This document shows, one piece after another, positions 35,871-48,167 of a stretch of DNA of 64,000 nucleotides. Position 1 is the first letter of the stretch. Each line of letters begins with the position of its first letter. The translations under genes and the position numbers were made by a program. Source of the stretch: Minutocellus sp. GHC0000111 (lineage: Eukaryota); contig OZ361256.1 of NCBI GenBank assembly GCA_977018835.1, positions 5,394,001 through 5,458,000 of the forward strand, read 5' to 3'. Below the pieces are notes generated by a model. That model saw nothing but the letters and a program-made list of their open reading frames with translations, was not told the origin of the DNA and ran no database searches.

Positions 35871-36307
35871 CGGATGATGAAAAAGGACGAAAGTACACAT
35901 TGTCCAAGGAGGGAGGAATGGAAACTATCGTTAGTATTGTTTCTCAGAATGAGACAAATGAAGATGGGGCCAGCACGGCGCAAGATGGTAGCAAGAGTTC
36001 ATCCCAGTACAAGAAGAACTTACCGGTGTACACCGATGGCTGCAATCATGCCGAGACGAGCCGAGAGGCGGCGGAGCACTGGGAGAAGGGACTGGCCAAG
36101 TTGGTGGAAGAGACTCTCAAGATCGCGGACGAAACCTCCTCAGGTATGGGGAGGAAGAAGAAGCGCAAGCTCCAGGATGATACTGGCACTGGCGCTGGTA
36201 CTAGTACTGGTGATGCAGGTGGTGGGGGGCGCATGATGTCATGCATGGTAGAAGGATCCGATCGTGCATCTATGGCTACAAGAGCCAAGCCTGCTGCAGA
36301 AAGGTAA
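35871..36307 (+). other. Possible 3' fragment of an unknown gene
   Basis: Protein-like stretch SREAAEHWEKGLAKLVEETLKIADE..GRKKKRK begins at a rearrangement junction and is followed by AT-rich sequence. Confidence 0.3.
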
Positions 36308-37409
36308 ATTGGACGAACTGTGGGATTGTGAGGTGGTATTATTTGTGTGACATTATCAAATTTTTGAAGTTTCAGTTACTATCAAGTTAAAATATTATTT
36401 CAAGCATCATTAGAGATCAAACATTATAAAACATGACACGATACAATGTACTTACGTTTTCGACGAACGAGACATTCCTCTGGACGGCATGATGTAGGCA
36501 CCAGACCGGTTGATTGTTGTTGTTTTGGAGTTGGCGAAATTATGCATTTGTAGCATTAGCCACAGCCAAGAAAACCACTGTGCATATTTCGCATGTCCTG
36601 CACTCCCCCAGCAACAATAGAAAATGAATGCGCCGCTTGCAACCCCGCGATAAGGCTCAAATAAATACTCCCGCAGTGTGCATGCGTACATTTGGCATAT
36701 GGAACTCGCTTTATCCCTCCACCGACCTGCTCTTGCTGACGAAACGGACCAGGAGATGCGGACCAGGAGATGTGGTCACCCAGACCGCTGAGCCGAATCG
36801 GATGCCACGGAAAGCCAAGAACACGCTCATATGATATGATTACTTGAATCATACAGTTGATGAGCTTGTGGTGGGCTTGGGAGGTTGGGGTGGCGTTCGA
36901 CGTGAGAGTAAAAACTGGCACATCGAATGGTCGCATGCATCATGACAGACTCTCTCTGTGTGGACATTCGCCTATGTGTATCTCGCGAACGGATCGACGC
37001 ATCGCAACATAATTTGAGATACAGTTGCAAGGAGATATGCAGAGCAGATCTCTAAAACGATACTTCGATCGCAAGTATAGTTGAGACGCAGAACTCTGCA
37101 CCATTTGGGCTTATGGGAGCCGAGATCGCATCGAGAGAGGGCGAAGAGCCGTCTTGCAGTCTTCCGGAAAAAGTGCAGGGTTAATTGGACTTACTCGACT
37201 CAACTCGAGATGAAAAAGCAAAAAAATCTCAATCTGGGCCCGGCAGACTTTTCCTCCGCTCCAAACAGGCTCCCTGCGCTGGCTAATGATGAAAATTACA
37301 TAATGATGATAATTACTCCTCTAATTAAGAGTTGAGGCTACATACAGGGGAAAATTCGGTTCAGGAGTGTCGTGATGACAAATCTCGCCGAAGGCCGTGT
37401 GCAATTTTT

Positions 37410-37575
37410 GAGCAGCAGCAGCATGGCGCTGCTGCTGCTGCGCCGCTCTGCTGCTGCTGCTGCCTGCCTGACCGTCTGAGCGAGTCCGTCGCGAGATTCG
37501 AAGATCGAGAGCGCAGGCAGAGTGCGCCGCCGGCGGCGGCAGCATACTACGTAGCAGCAGCAGCAGCAGCAGCGG
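37410..37575. repeat. Opposed CAG/CTG trinucleotide tracts (fold-back potential)
   Basis: gcagcagcagcatggcgctgctgctgctgc, a second (ctg)n tract and a distal (cag)7-like tract. Confidence 0.8.
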
Positions 37576-37589
37576 ACGGATATTCCAAA

Positions 37590-38790
37590 GCTCGGTGGCG
37601 ATTGAACAGGCACGATACGAGCTTCTCGATAATGGAAATCCTCGACCTGCCCATCGACAACCCTGAGCGACGAGCCTAGCTAGAAGAATTGCGATGGAAT
37701 GAGTGGATTAGCATTGGAGAACGTGCCCGACCCCTTGGTCGTCTCGGCGACGATGCTATTTGACACGTTCGCATCTTGCATGGCCCGCGGCACGAGAGCA
37801 CGTCAATAATAGCTTCTTCGGTATGAGTGGAGATCAACTCGACGAATACGGTAACAATTTGGCATTTGCGTGGCTGCCTGGCGCTGGATTTCGTGTGCTC
37901 CACAACGAGGTCACTCATCTCGTCCATTCTATCCAGCGCAAGGCTGGTTTCGTATCGGATCTAGAGAGGCGTGGATCATGTTTCACGGTAAGGTTCCATC
38001 GCCATCCACCGATCAATATTCAACAGCTATCAATAGAGAGCGAGGAGATACGCGCCACGGATCGACGAGACGAAAATGTGTTGTTCCAGACATTATCGTC
38101 TACAATTACATCAGCTCTGACAAGCCCCGTCGAGCAGGTCGAAACTGTAGCAATGCCCCAGCCATCTTTGAGACGAAGACGACATCAGCCTGCCTAACCC
38201 GTTACGAGTTCGTCATCAGAAGGCGGTGGAATCTCGCTCTTCGGTATCAAGTCTGAGTATATTCGGAATATGAAGGAAATTGATCAGACCCTTGCTCCAG
38301 AAATAGTAGGAGATACGTCGTAACGGTGATGCCTGTGATGATGCTTCTGCAAAGGTGGTGGTAATTCCACTGGTTATCGGTGCGTATGGTGAGACCAATG
38401 AAGACTTTCAGGATCTAATCAAGGTCTGCGCCCACATGGCAGTCGTCAGAGGCGATGCTGTACATGTATACAATTCGCCTGTCTTCGAGACCGAAGTCAA
38501 AGGTGGGGCCTATTCTGTTACTCTTTACGCCGTGCACTTGCTGGTGCCCTAGCTCGAGGATTATCTCTTCACAAGCTATCAAGACTCCACTTTCTACGTG
38601 GTTCAAAAGAGGAAGCGGCTAGTGTACATGTAGTGGAGGAACCCAAGTCTCACTTTGAGAATGGCCGACATTTTTGAGGGAAATGGATTCTCAGCCGTCA
38701 TTCGAGTAGGGAATTGGTTACTACGAGCAATTCCGAGGTTACAGGAGTGGCCCTGAATATTACTACGAACAAGAACGACACTTGTACGGT
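37590..38790 (+). mobile_element. Degenerate 3' fragment of an RLE-type (CRE/R2-group-like) non-LTR retrotransposon
   Basis: Across frameshifts: DQLDEYGNNLAFAWLPGAGFRVLHNEV, VVPDIIV...AIFETKT (PD-(D/E)xK nuclease) and VIPLVIGAYGETN. No reverse transcriptase core visible; many stops. Confidence 0.65.
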
Positions 38791-39318
38791 GAATTGCCTT
38801 GACCCTATTGATCTTTTCCTCAAGATGACAATTTGATAAACGTTTACGTAGATTTTATTCATACATGAGCTCATGATGTAGCAGAGAAGTTACTGTCACT
38901 GCCATTGCACGTATCTACCGGTGCAAGAAGTTGATACTGTTACAGGTGCTTTCTATCTACCGATACAGTTAGTGCAGATGTCTACATGCAATTGTAGTGC
39001 AGATATCTACATGCAATTGTAAACTCTCTGGCGTGGTGGGAATTTCATTCAAGGTATCATCGTCGAAAATCACCGGTTACAGTGAATTGCCACAAACTTC
39101 TGGATCCTATCTCTTCAATCAAGATGACAATTTGATACGATCTTATAATAATCGTTTACGTAGATTTTTGTATTATACTTGTGCATGTTATTCATTCTAG
39201 TAGAGTTTTTAGTCAGGCCATATCTTTGTACTGGGTCCAATGTAGACATGGTACAGTCCGTTGGACTGTAGAGCACAGCAACAGCTGGTACCTATCCTAA
39301 TGCTGGTACAGATCTATA

Positions 39319-40372
39319 TTATACTTCACATTCACCCTTCTTCTTCTTTCCTTTGTACTTGAAAGGCTCATCCTCGATCCGTCCGCAGAATCTTTCCTTC
39401 AGGGATTTTTGGAACCACCTGGTATCATCCCGCTTCTTCCGCGTACCATAAATAACTCTACCAAAGAACATGCACTTGACATAGTTGGCGGCGTTCTCCC
39501 TTTCGGCTACTCGTCTATTGTTCCCCCAGAAGCTCCGGTTGCTGTAATTGATGGGATGCAGGGATGCTCCGAGATCATTCGTTGACATGGCTGCCCAATA
39601 ACGCAATGTATTATCAAACCGAATGGAGTTCAATTTCTCGAGACCTTCCACAAACTGTTCAAAAGGGATCTCCCCCCCCAGCCAGCTTTTCGACATCCTC
39701 TTCTTTTTCTATTCCCCATGCCCACCTGGCCAGCTCATGAACCTCGGCGTCCTCTATGGGCTGGAACTGTTCGTACGGCACAAAAGGAGAGACACATTTA
39801 CCCTCTTCCTTCCCTACACCATTGATGTGCTTTCTCTGGGCAGACCAGCTGGCGGTGACATCTGCGATCATGTCGTCGGCCACTGCGTTGTCCCGCTGCC
39901 CTGCGACGGTGTCAAGATCAGCAGTAGCTGTGATCTTGTCTTCAGAAAGGGCGAGAACCTCGACAGAAGGCGATTTATCAGAAGAAGGATCTTGGCTATT
40001 CGAGGCGGTGCGATTCTCCTCGGTCCCTTCCTCTCGAATCGAAACCAGAGGAGACAATACTTTGGCATCTTCAGTGGCGATGCGATTCTCCTCGCTATCT
40101 TCCTCTCGAGCCGGTACCGGAGGAGACGGTCCTTTGGAATCTTCAGTACCTTCAGGGCCTTCTCCTTCTTCTACTAGAAGTTCTAGTACCCTCCCGCCTT
40201 TTTGCGTTGGTCCGCCCGGAAGCTGCCTGAAAGAGGGAGTACAATAAATGAAAGCCAAAACCGATGTTAGGTGATGGCGAAAGAACAATGAGATCAAATG
40301 AATAGTAGCCGTAACAATAGTACCGATCAAATAGACAATACCAACTATCTTTTCCTGAAGAAGCGATCGCAT
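39319..40372 (-). CDS. Orphan protein with N-terminal hydrophobic segment and internal acidic repeat; frameshift at a G-run near 39675
   Basis: ORFs 39659-40372 and 39319-39696 join at the ggggggga run (EKLAGG/EIPFEQF). Contains repeated ~24-aa units (TEDSKGPSPPVPAREEDSEENRIA / TEDAKVLSPLVSIREEGTEENRTA). Confidence 0.5.
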
Positions 40373-42616
40373 TCTTCACTCACCTCATCATTGGCAGGAA
40401 CGATGGTGGCATTGGCCGAAGCTGCCTCTGCCGCAGCAAGGCGCTCGGTGAGCTCGGCGATCTGCTTCTTCGCTGCAGCTTCAGCGGCGGCAGAACGCTT
40501 GGCCTCAGCAGCGGCGGCGGCGGCAGCCTTCTTGAGCTCGGCGGCCTGCTGCTTCTTGATCATTCTGTCCCGCAGGACGCTTTGGATCCACCTCCAATCC
40601 CTGAGCACCAAGTCAAACAGCGAAGGCATTCCATTGAATGCACAGTGCTCGTACGCCTGGAGCGGTGAAGGGCGCTTTTCAGGATCGAAGGCAAGCATCG
40701 AGGTTAGGAGATTTGTAAAGTCGTTGGAGTATCCGGCCTCCTCGAGCTTTCGACTGATAAGAGCGTTGTCGAACCCACTGACAAGGCGCCTGGCATCGAC
40801 GATCTCTTCGTAGGCCTCAAGGGACAAGGACAGCTTTACAAAGGCTACTGCGGAAGACCACATGTCCGCAAGAATGCCGTTGTATGATTCTCGGTGCTTG
40901 CGGATGTGGCGGTTGACCTCAGGGGCTGTGTAGCCCATCGTGCCAATGTCGGTCCCGGCTACCTCGGCCTCGGCCTCCCTGCCAATACCAAAGTCGAAAA
41001 GTTGGAGATTCAGATTGCCATTGTCGTCTGTCATGAGACCCAAGTTCTTTTCCTTGATATCTCGGTGGCATTGTTCCTTCGCGTCAAGAAGCATGAGGCA
41101 GGACAGGAGCTGACGGAGATAGACTTTCAGACGCTCCTCAGAAAGTTGCCCCACGTTGTCAAAAGTGCCACCGTCCATAAAATCCATCACCATGAAAGGG
41201 AAGTGAGGGGTAATCTTCCATTCATGAACGGTGGCAATGTACGGAAAGGCTGATAGACTGACCTGCTGACGGATCTCTCTCTCGACCTTCGTGGCGGTCT
41301 GGTGCAAGGGATCCATTTTGAAGGTCTTGACTGCCACGAACTTCTTAGATCCAACTAAGCTTTCACCAGTGACAAGCCAGACGTCCCCGCACGATCCACT
41401 CCCAAGAGCGTGACGACTTTCGATACAGGGCTTGAGACCGACAATGTCAACGGCACTTGACAGTACCCGATCGAACTCGATGGCCATCCCCTCGATGGTG
41501 TTGAACCCAGGACCTGTGACCTTCTCAAGAGACCCTTCCGCCTCCCAAAAGAGAGCAGACGTAGCCACATAGATCTGCATCGCCAAGAAGCTAGTTGCGT
41601 GCAGGCTTGCACTTTTCTTCGCCGGGGTTACAGAAAAAAAATTCGAATTCTTCGTCTTGGGCGTCTTGGCAGCGGCGAAGGCGGCAGTAGGAGATAGAGA
41701 CGTGCGGCCCGGGGTATCGGTACTAGTACTGGTGACCAAAGACTTGGCATCAATACCGTACTCCTGGATTGTTTCATCCCATTTCTCGCAAAGGAGAGTG
41801 AACAAACCAGCCTGACAGCCCCCTTCTTCCACTTCTTCATCGCTGCCGGGTCGGAGTGCATCTAGGATCGCATCTCGCTTCTCGCCGAAGACCATTTCTA
41901 GCTTTTGGAGGGCATTGTGCGATTTACCACTGGCTTGGATCCCCGAGCTTGGCGACACCATCATGCACGCAGTATTTTTGTTGCTGTCGAGGAAGAATTG
42001 AAAGGCCTCCAACAGCACGTCCTTGTTCCGGCCGGTGATGCTGGTGCCGTCGAGGACGAGGAACGGAAATTTGTTGGGATCTCCCGGTCCACCGACCAAT
42101 CCCCCAGGGCGAGGGCGAGAAAGGGCCAAGATGGTCTTTACCGCCGTTGCAGCGGCAGGACACTCGGGTCTCGTTGCCTTGTCAAAAGTGATGCGGTTCT
42201 GTGCCGTCAGCGGCACACTCATGACCTGTGATATGACCTCCATACTAAAATCCGTACGCAATGTAATGATGAATTACATGTATTGGAGTGAATGGTGCCC
42301 GAGTTTTGCCGAGACGTGCACAATATTTTTTCGCGACTTCGAAGTCATGTAGCTGAGATCGAGCTCTCGGTGCCGAGAGGCATGCATCAGGGGGAGTGGA
42401 GTCACGGTCGGGAGAAGGGCTTTGTACGTGCAGTCGACTCGGCTCGGCTGACGGCTGACGAAGAGAGAAAGCACAAGCATGTGAAAGCACAAGCATCCGC
42501 AGGTTTGGATCAATAGCAAAGAGCGAATCAGCACCGGAGTCTTCAACTAGAAGAGCCAGCATCTGCTCAGCCAACGGCGGCGTGCCGACGTTGAAATTCG
42601 GGTTACGGCCGGACAT
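40345..42616 (-). CDS. Orphan Ser/Thr protein kinase, diverged third paralogue; 5' region interrupted
   Basis: LGSGSCGDV, VAVK, HRDIKEKN, DFG, GTMGYTAPE and ADMWS. The tail IAELTERLAAAEA is shared with the other two kinases. In-frame TAA at 42274-42276 upstream; start may be 42243 or 42616. Confidence 0.88.
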
Positions 42617-42879
42617 GGTTGCTTGGACTTGGCATTCGGGATTATGGGGCGGGGAGCTGACCGACCTTGCTTCTGAAATGCTGTGCAGCAAAATGCCTCA
42701 TTTTGGCTTGATCCCGTTTTCCGTTTCTCCAACATGACTGCACATGCGCGGCGCCTCGTACTAGCTAGTAGGCCTACATGACTGTACATGAAATGGGAGC
42801 CCTTGTATCGCTCCTCGCCCGGAGGCTGCACATATACCGCCCCTCGCTCGAGTATGATCTATCCAAATCACCAACGGTC

Positions 42880-44016
42880 ATGGGGACGGACTGTCCCCCG
42901 ATTTACGAGGCATGCCTCGTTGGAGACTGGGAAGGAGTCCGTCGTCATCTCGCCGACGAGCCGCAAACAGCAGCAGCGCACGTCGATAACAGCGGCAACA
43001 CCACCCTGCACATATGCTGCCGACGGTGCCATCCGCCGATAGATGTAATCGAATCATTAATAAAAGCGTATCCGAAGGCACTGGTCAGACGGACCGTCGA
43101 TGGTTTAACACCGTTGCATTTTGCCGCATACTTCGCCGCCGATGGACATGTGATCGATGTGATGATGAAAGAATTATCGGACTTGTTGGAGAGAGCAAAA
43201 GATAGTGATCACAATGACGTTAACAACTACGATGATGACGACTTGGAGGTAGGTGATGCACATCGACAAAATACTCGCATGCACAGCAGCAGCAGCAGCA
43301 GGAGCAGAACAAATGACGCCAATTATTATGCTTCGTCGTCGTCCTTCCTTGTTCGGCTGATAACTTTGGGGATGTACAAAAGTAAATCATTACAAAACGA
43401 TGGAGATGCATCTCAGACCGATGGACTGCTGGCGTCAGTAGAAGCATGCTTACCATCGGAACCATTATTGACACCTGATCGACGACATCGAACTCCACTG
43501 ACCTGTGCTTGCGCTGGACCTCGATCAGCCGGTCGGCCCGAGGTGGTGCGATATCTTTTGCTTCATGCCACGAACCCTGCCGAGGTTATAAGGTTTCCAG
43601 ACGAACGATCTCGGACAGCAATTGATTTGGTCATCGATGACTATTGGGAAGAGATTGATGATGCACTGAAAGATGGGACGGATGCAACCGACGTTGCCAA
43701 CTGTTGCCTGAGCGACGACGGATCGCTTCGAGAATTTTGGAGCATAATAACGCTGCTACTTGTTGCCTCCACCGCCAATAGCGCCACGACGGCAAAGGAA
43801 TGGCTTGCCAAGGGAGCCTCGGTTTATTGCGATTCCAACTGCGTTCAAGCTGTGCATGGAGCGTGCAGGACGATGGGAGATGACTGCCCGGCACAGCTTT
43901 CAACGTTGGCGCGTAAGATAGTCCAAGCCGATGTCGACAAGGAGAGTATTGGAACGGTAAAGGATCTGCGGGCTCGATGGGAGGGCAAAGCCACTACCGG
44001 CAACGCTAGCTACTAG
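42880..44016 (+). CDS. Ankyrin-repeat protein
   Basis: DNSGNTTLHICC, DGLTPLHFAA, DRRHRTPLTCAC and DERSRTAIDL. Start 42880 preferred over 42778. Confidence 0.85.
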   Translation: MGTDCPPIYEACLVGDWEGVRRHLADEPQTAAAHVDNSGNTTLHICCRRCHPPIDVIESLIKAYPKALVRRTVDGLTPLHFAAYFAADGHVIDVMMKELSDLLERAKDSDHNDVNNYDDDDLEVGDAHRQNTRMHSSSSSRSRTNDANYYASSSSFLVRLITLGMYKSKSLQNDGDASQTDGLLASVEACLPSEPLLTPDRRHRTPLTCACAGPRSAGRPEVVRYLLLHATNPAEVIRFPDERSRTAIDLVIDDYWEEIDDALKDGTDATDVANCCLSDDGSLREFWSIITLLLVASTANSATTAKEWLAKGASVYCDSNCVQAVHGACRTMGDDCPAQLSTLARKIVQADVDKESIGTVKDLRARWEGKATTGNASY

Positions 44017-44676
44017 CAACACTGCTACGAAGACTCCATTATCGCATTCATATAAGAGCATAACAATGGTCTAATCGTTATACAATTGTTTCCAACGAAT
44101 CCAGGGCGTTTTAGCTTGCCTAGCGTCGACGGAAACTATGAGTACTGAAACACATGGTCGGGTTATGAAAAGTAGAAAACCTTCTCTCGAGCTCGGAAAC
44201 TGAAATGATATGTTCATTTTCTTATCCTTGGCTCAACAAAACGTCTTCTTTGCTACACCGTAGTTCGTGCGGACTGCCACTTCCAGCTCTTGTATCAATC
44301 AAAACGACAGCGATGTTGGCAATAAGAATGCATTCGACCCTCTCCACGATATATCAATACCGAAAAGATGGTCAAATATTATCCCTGTCCTAGCCAACAG
44401 TTGTCTCATGATTCATTTCCTGGTAACAGTGGTCATGTCGATCGGGCGTTGTAGTCTATTCTCTATGCGTAACATGATCGACAATGACCGCTACTCCCAA
44501 GAAACGAAATATAATTGATTCAAACGAAATACAGTGCAAGCTGCAAGAGATTCGATCCATATCCTTTGAGGGACAAAAGATGAATCGAATCCTCAGGCAA
44601 ACCGCGATCATATTTCACCAAAGAGCAAGAACCGAAAGCACATCCAACCAATCCTTCATGATGCCACGCTCCCTGT

Positions 44677-46341
44677 CTACGAAGGAGGAGCACCACCGGA
44701 AAAGTCGAATCCACCCTCCATCGGGGCATTGCCGGCACCGAACGCGAATTGATCTCCACCCTCGGCCATCTGGGGGGCAAGAGTGGGCATTTCCTCCTCG
44801 TCCTCGACGCCGAAGTACGTTTCGAGGATCTTGATGCACTTGTCGTAGATGTCGTTGTTGGAATGCTGCTGCAGCTCCTCGATCTTGGTGAGGCCCTCGG
44901 CCTCGGCGATGAAGGTGGCCATCTGGTTGTGCGAGCCAGTTTGCTTGGCCTCCTCGTCGCCGATCTTGAGGATATTCTCCAAGCCCTCGAGGGCGATCGT
45001 GACGATCTTGGCATCGTTGACGGTAAGGAGGTCGCAAAGGGGGCGGATGCAGCCCTGCTGGACGAGGAACTTGATCTGGGCTGCATTGCCACCGGAGGTG
45101 GCGTTGCTGATGGCCCAGGCAGCCTCCTTGCGGATATCGAACTCAGCATTGGCAAGGAGCTGGATGAGAGGTGGGATGATGTTGTTGTCGATAACGGCCT
45201 GGATCTGGTCCTTGTTGCCGGCGGTGATGTTGGAGATGGTCCAGCATGCCTCCTTGCGAATACCCTTCTTGGGGGAGGAGAGGAGGGCGAGGAGGCAGGG
45301 GAGGGCATTGTTGTTGATGATGAATTGTGTTTGGAGGTCATCACCCGTCACGATGTTGCCAACGGTACGGAGGGCAGGAGTTTGGACAGCAGGAGACGGG
45401 TTGAGCAGGAGCTCGACGAGGCGGCGGCAGACGCCAGCCTCGATGACGGCCTGGATCTTCTCGTTGGGGCCGTCCGAAAGATACGACAGGGCCCAGCATG
45501 CGTCGGTGAGGACCTCCTCGTCGGGACTGAAGATGAGCTGTGCGAGGGTGGCCAGACTGGGCTTGACCATATCGAAGTTGGGCTGGGGCTTGCCACGGCA
45601 GAAGTTGGACAGGGTCCAGGTGGCATTGCGAAGCATGGACAGTTTGGAGTTCTGGTGAAGCTGCTGAAGGAGGGGCTGCATGGCCCCGGCCTGAAGGACG
45701 AGGTCACGGCAGGGAGGGCTGTCACCGGCGATGTTGCCGAGGGCCCAAACGGCCTGTTCCCGAACGTCGTCGTTGGGAGACATGAGAAGACGGACGAAGA
45801 TGGGGACAGCACCGACCTCAATGACGACCTTGGTATGATCGGACGTGCCGGATGCAATGTTGGTAAGGGCCCAGGCGGCCTCGAACTGAAGCGCCGGGCT
45901 GTCGTCCCGCTGGAGGAACTCGACGAAGCGGGGGACGACGCCGGAATCAATGACCTGCTGGATGGGCGGGTTCTTCTCGATGGAAAGCAACCGGCGGAAC
46001 TGCGTGGTACACTCGGTCTGGACGGCGGCATCGTCGCCCATCACACCGGCGACCATCTGGGGGAGGTTCTCCAGCTTGTTGGCGCCGGCCACGCCCATGG
46101 CAGCTGAGGCGGCGGCACTCTGATCCATGCCGTAGCCGCCGGGAGCGACGCCACCAGCGGCCAGCATGGACGCAGCGGCCATACCCGCGGGGGTGGAGGC
46201 CGACGACGGGCCCGGCATCTGCCGACGCTTGGCGAGGCGGACATCCTTCTTGGTCTTGCGGATTTGGAGGGTGGTTTCCTCACGACGCCGACGGCCTTCC
46301 TCGGCGTCGATGGATTTCTTGAAATCCTTTTTGCGCTGCAT
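44677..46341 (-). CDS. KPNA: Importin alpha (karyopherin alpha)
   Basis: IBB domain [22 protein letters not shown] and ARM repeats [46 protein letters not shown]. Confidence 0.98.
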   Translation of the reverse strand: MQRKKDFKKSIDAEEGRRRREETTLQIRKTKKDVRLAKRRQMPGPSSASTPAGMAAASMLAAGGVAPGGYGMDQSAAASAAMGVAGANKLENLPQMVAGVMGDDAAVQTECTTQFRRLLSIEKNPPIQQVIDSGVVPRFVEFLQRDDSPALQFEAAWALTNIASGTSDHTKVVIEVGAVPIFVRLLMSPNDDVREQAVWALGNIAGDSPPCRDLVLQAGAMQPLLQQLHQNSKLSMLRNATWTLSNFCRGKPQPNFDMVKPSLATLAQLIFSPDEEVLTDACWALSYLSDGPNEKIQAVIEAGVCRRLVELLLNPSPAVQTPALRTVGNIVTGDDLQTQFIINNNALPCLLALLSSPKKGIRKEACWTISNITAGNKDQIQAVIDNNIIPPLIQLLANAEFDIRKEAAWAISNATSGGNAAQIKFLVQQGCIRPLCDLLTVNDAKIVTIALEGLENILKIGDEEAKQTGSHNQMATFIAEAEGLTKIEELQQHSNNDIYDKCIKILETYFGVEDEEEMPTLAPQMAEGGDQFAFGAGNAPMEGGFDFSGGAPPS

Positions 46342-47020
46342 TTGTAAGAGAGTGAGAGGAAGGGGTGGTGAGAATGATCAGAGTGAGCCAGGTGGAAGGT
46401 TGGAGGGGCGGGGCAGGAGAGATTGGCGGGGGAACACGACCAAGACCATTCACTCCAATAAATGACTGCGCGACGTGCTGGCGGTAACCCGACCATCAGA
46501 GAAAAGATACCCGTCGCCCAAATGCTCTCTTTCCAACCATAGAAGGATGCATTGGACCAAGAATCCTGACGCCAGAGCTCAAAATGGTTGCAAAGGGAAC
46601 CGCCAAGGCTTGGCCCGCCCAGCCGTCCTCCATCTCGTCCGTCCGTCGGATGAAGAGAACTTTGTTGAGGAGCTTTGGCGGTCGCGAAAATGAAACCGAC
46701 CAGGCGAAACATTGGCAATACCAAACACAAACAGACAATATGAATGGATACAGTGGCGCTGTCAACAACGTACATCAACTTCTTTCGACATGATTATCTA
46801 TTCGGCGCTGGTTCAATGATACGCCCGAGAAGCTCTTACTTGGCCCGCCATCTTGCAAGGGCGGTGCGGTGGCGGTGACGGAAAGACGTGTAATAAGTGA
46901 ACGTCTTTCCGTCGGCGACATCAATCGCCGATCGTCATCGTCATCGACCGCTCGACCGCTCAAAGGGGAAAAAGAGGCAGCCCATTGTATTGCGAACGAC
47001 GGGAAGTCAAACAAACACAA

Positions 47021-48014
47021 ATGAAAGTGAACGCAGCCTATCTTGCCGTCCTCTTCTCTGCTTCTTGGTGCGCAGATGCATTCTCCGTGGGATTTCGAGA
47101 TGCGAGATCGTCGGCAGCGATGAACCTTCGAGCACAAGCTGAGGAAGCGGCATCTGAATCATCATCGTCGTCATCTCCACCTGCCGCTGCCGCTGCTGCC
47201 GCGAAGCCTGCCGTCCCAACGCCTCCCGAGCCCTTTTTACCGGCGTTGGATCCATCGTATCCTGTCAAGGGACCCATTGGAGAGGGTGATTTCGTCATCT
47301 CTCGCCTGGGAGGTCCAACGGAGGAGGAACTTGGTAACGAAAATCTTCTCCGCATCCTCATGATCGAATGCTCCGATTTGGAGGTCAACACGTTGGTTTG
47401 GAAGTGCTTGGGATATCGATTTGATCCCGAGAAGGAGGAGTGGAACGACTCCGAATGCTTTCCCAAGTGGAAGGAGCGATATCCCACTCCTCCCGATCTC
47501 ATTGGAATGAGCCGCATTTACAGCAAGGAGCAGGATTCGCCCAGCCTTCGGTCCAACGAGGCCCTGGTGAGGAGTATCCCCGCCGACAACAAGCAGAGTC
47601 TCAAGACGCATCTCAAGCCCTATGGCTTCACGGGATACAAATATGCGGAGCTGACGCCCAACAAAACGCGCAGGGCACAATGTGCCAACTGGTTGCTGTA
47701 CTACCGAGAGGAATTGTTCGGTTACACCGTCGAGGAATTGAAGGAACGTCGTCGATTGAAGCGTGAGGCAGAAGAGGCCGAAAAGAAACGAAAGGAGGAG
47801 GAGGAAGGAAAGAAGGCAGAAGACGAATGGAAACCTCCAGTAAAGGAGGTCTTAGTACTACCGAGAGGAATTGTTCGGTTACACCGTCGAGGAATTGAAG
47901 GAACGTCGTCGATTGAAGCGTGAGGCAGAAGAGGCCGAAAAGAAACGAAAGGAGGAGGAGGAAGGAAAGAAGGCAGAAGACGAATGGAAACCTCCAGTAA
48001 AGGAGGTCTTTTAA
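47021..48014 (+). CDS. Plastid-targeted DUF1823-family protein; 3' end altered by a tandem duplication
   Basis: Signal peptide with ASAFAP-like cleavage site ADA|FSV, and VNTLVWKCLGYRFD...YPTPPDLI...RSIPADNKQSLK...GYKYAELTPNKTRRAQCANWLL. The natural end KEVF* is at 48012-48014. Confidence 0.8.
47698..48010. repeat. Exact 156-bp tandem duplication (47698-47853, 47855-48010)
   Basis: Two copies of gtactaccgagagg...aaggaggtctt separated by a single a. Confidence 0.95.
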
Positions 48015-48167
48015 GCGTTTATAAGTCGCATAGAGTGTAGGTGATTATAACTTTTGATCAGGCCGATTTAGAACTTTATGTTATATCCAAAGATATGTAT
48101 ATATGGAAAAGTCTCTCTTAGGCATAGCATTCGCACTTGTAAATCACGTAAAGAAATTCATCCACTA

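Noticed and set aside
36308..37330. Short ORFs and a 14-bp direct repeat (cggaccaggagatg x2, ~36745)
   Set aside because: No recognisable product or element boundaries.
44749..46107. Long antisense or alternative-frame ORFs over importin alpha (also over CK1, CacyBP, NELF-A and the Zn-finger gene)
   Set aside because: Expected shadows of GC3-rich codon usage, with no domain signal.
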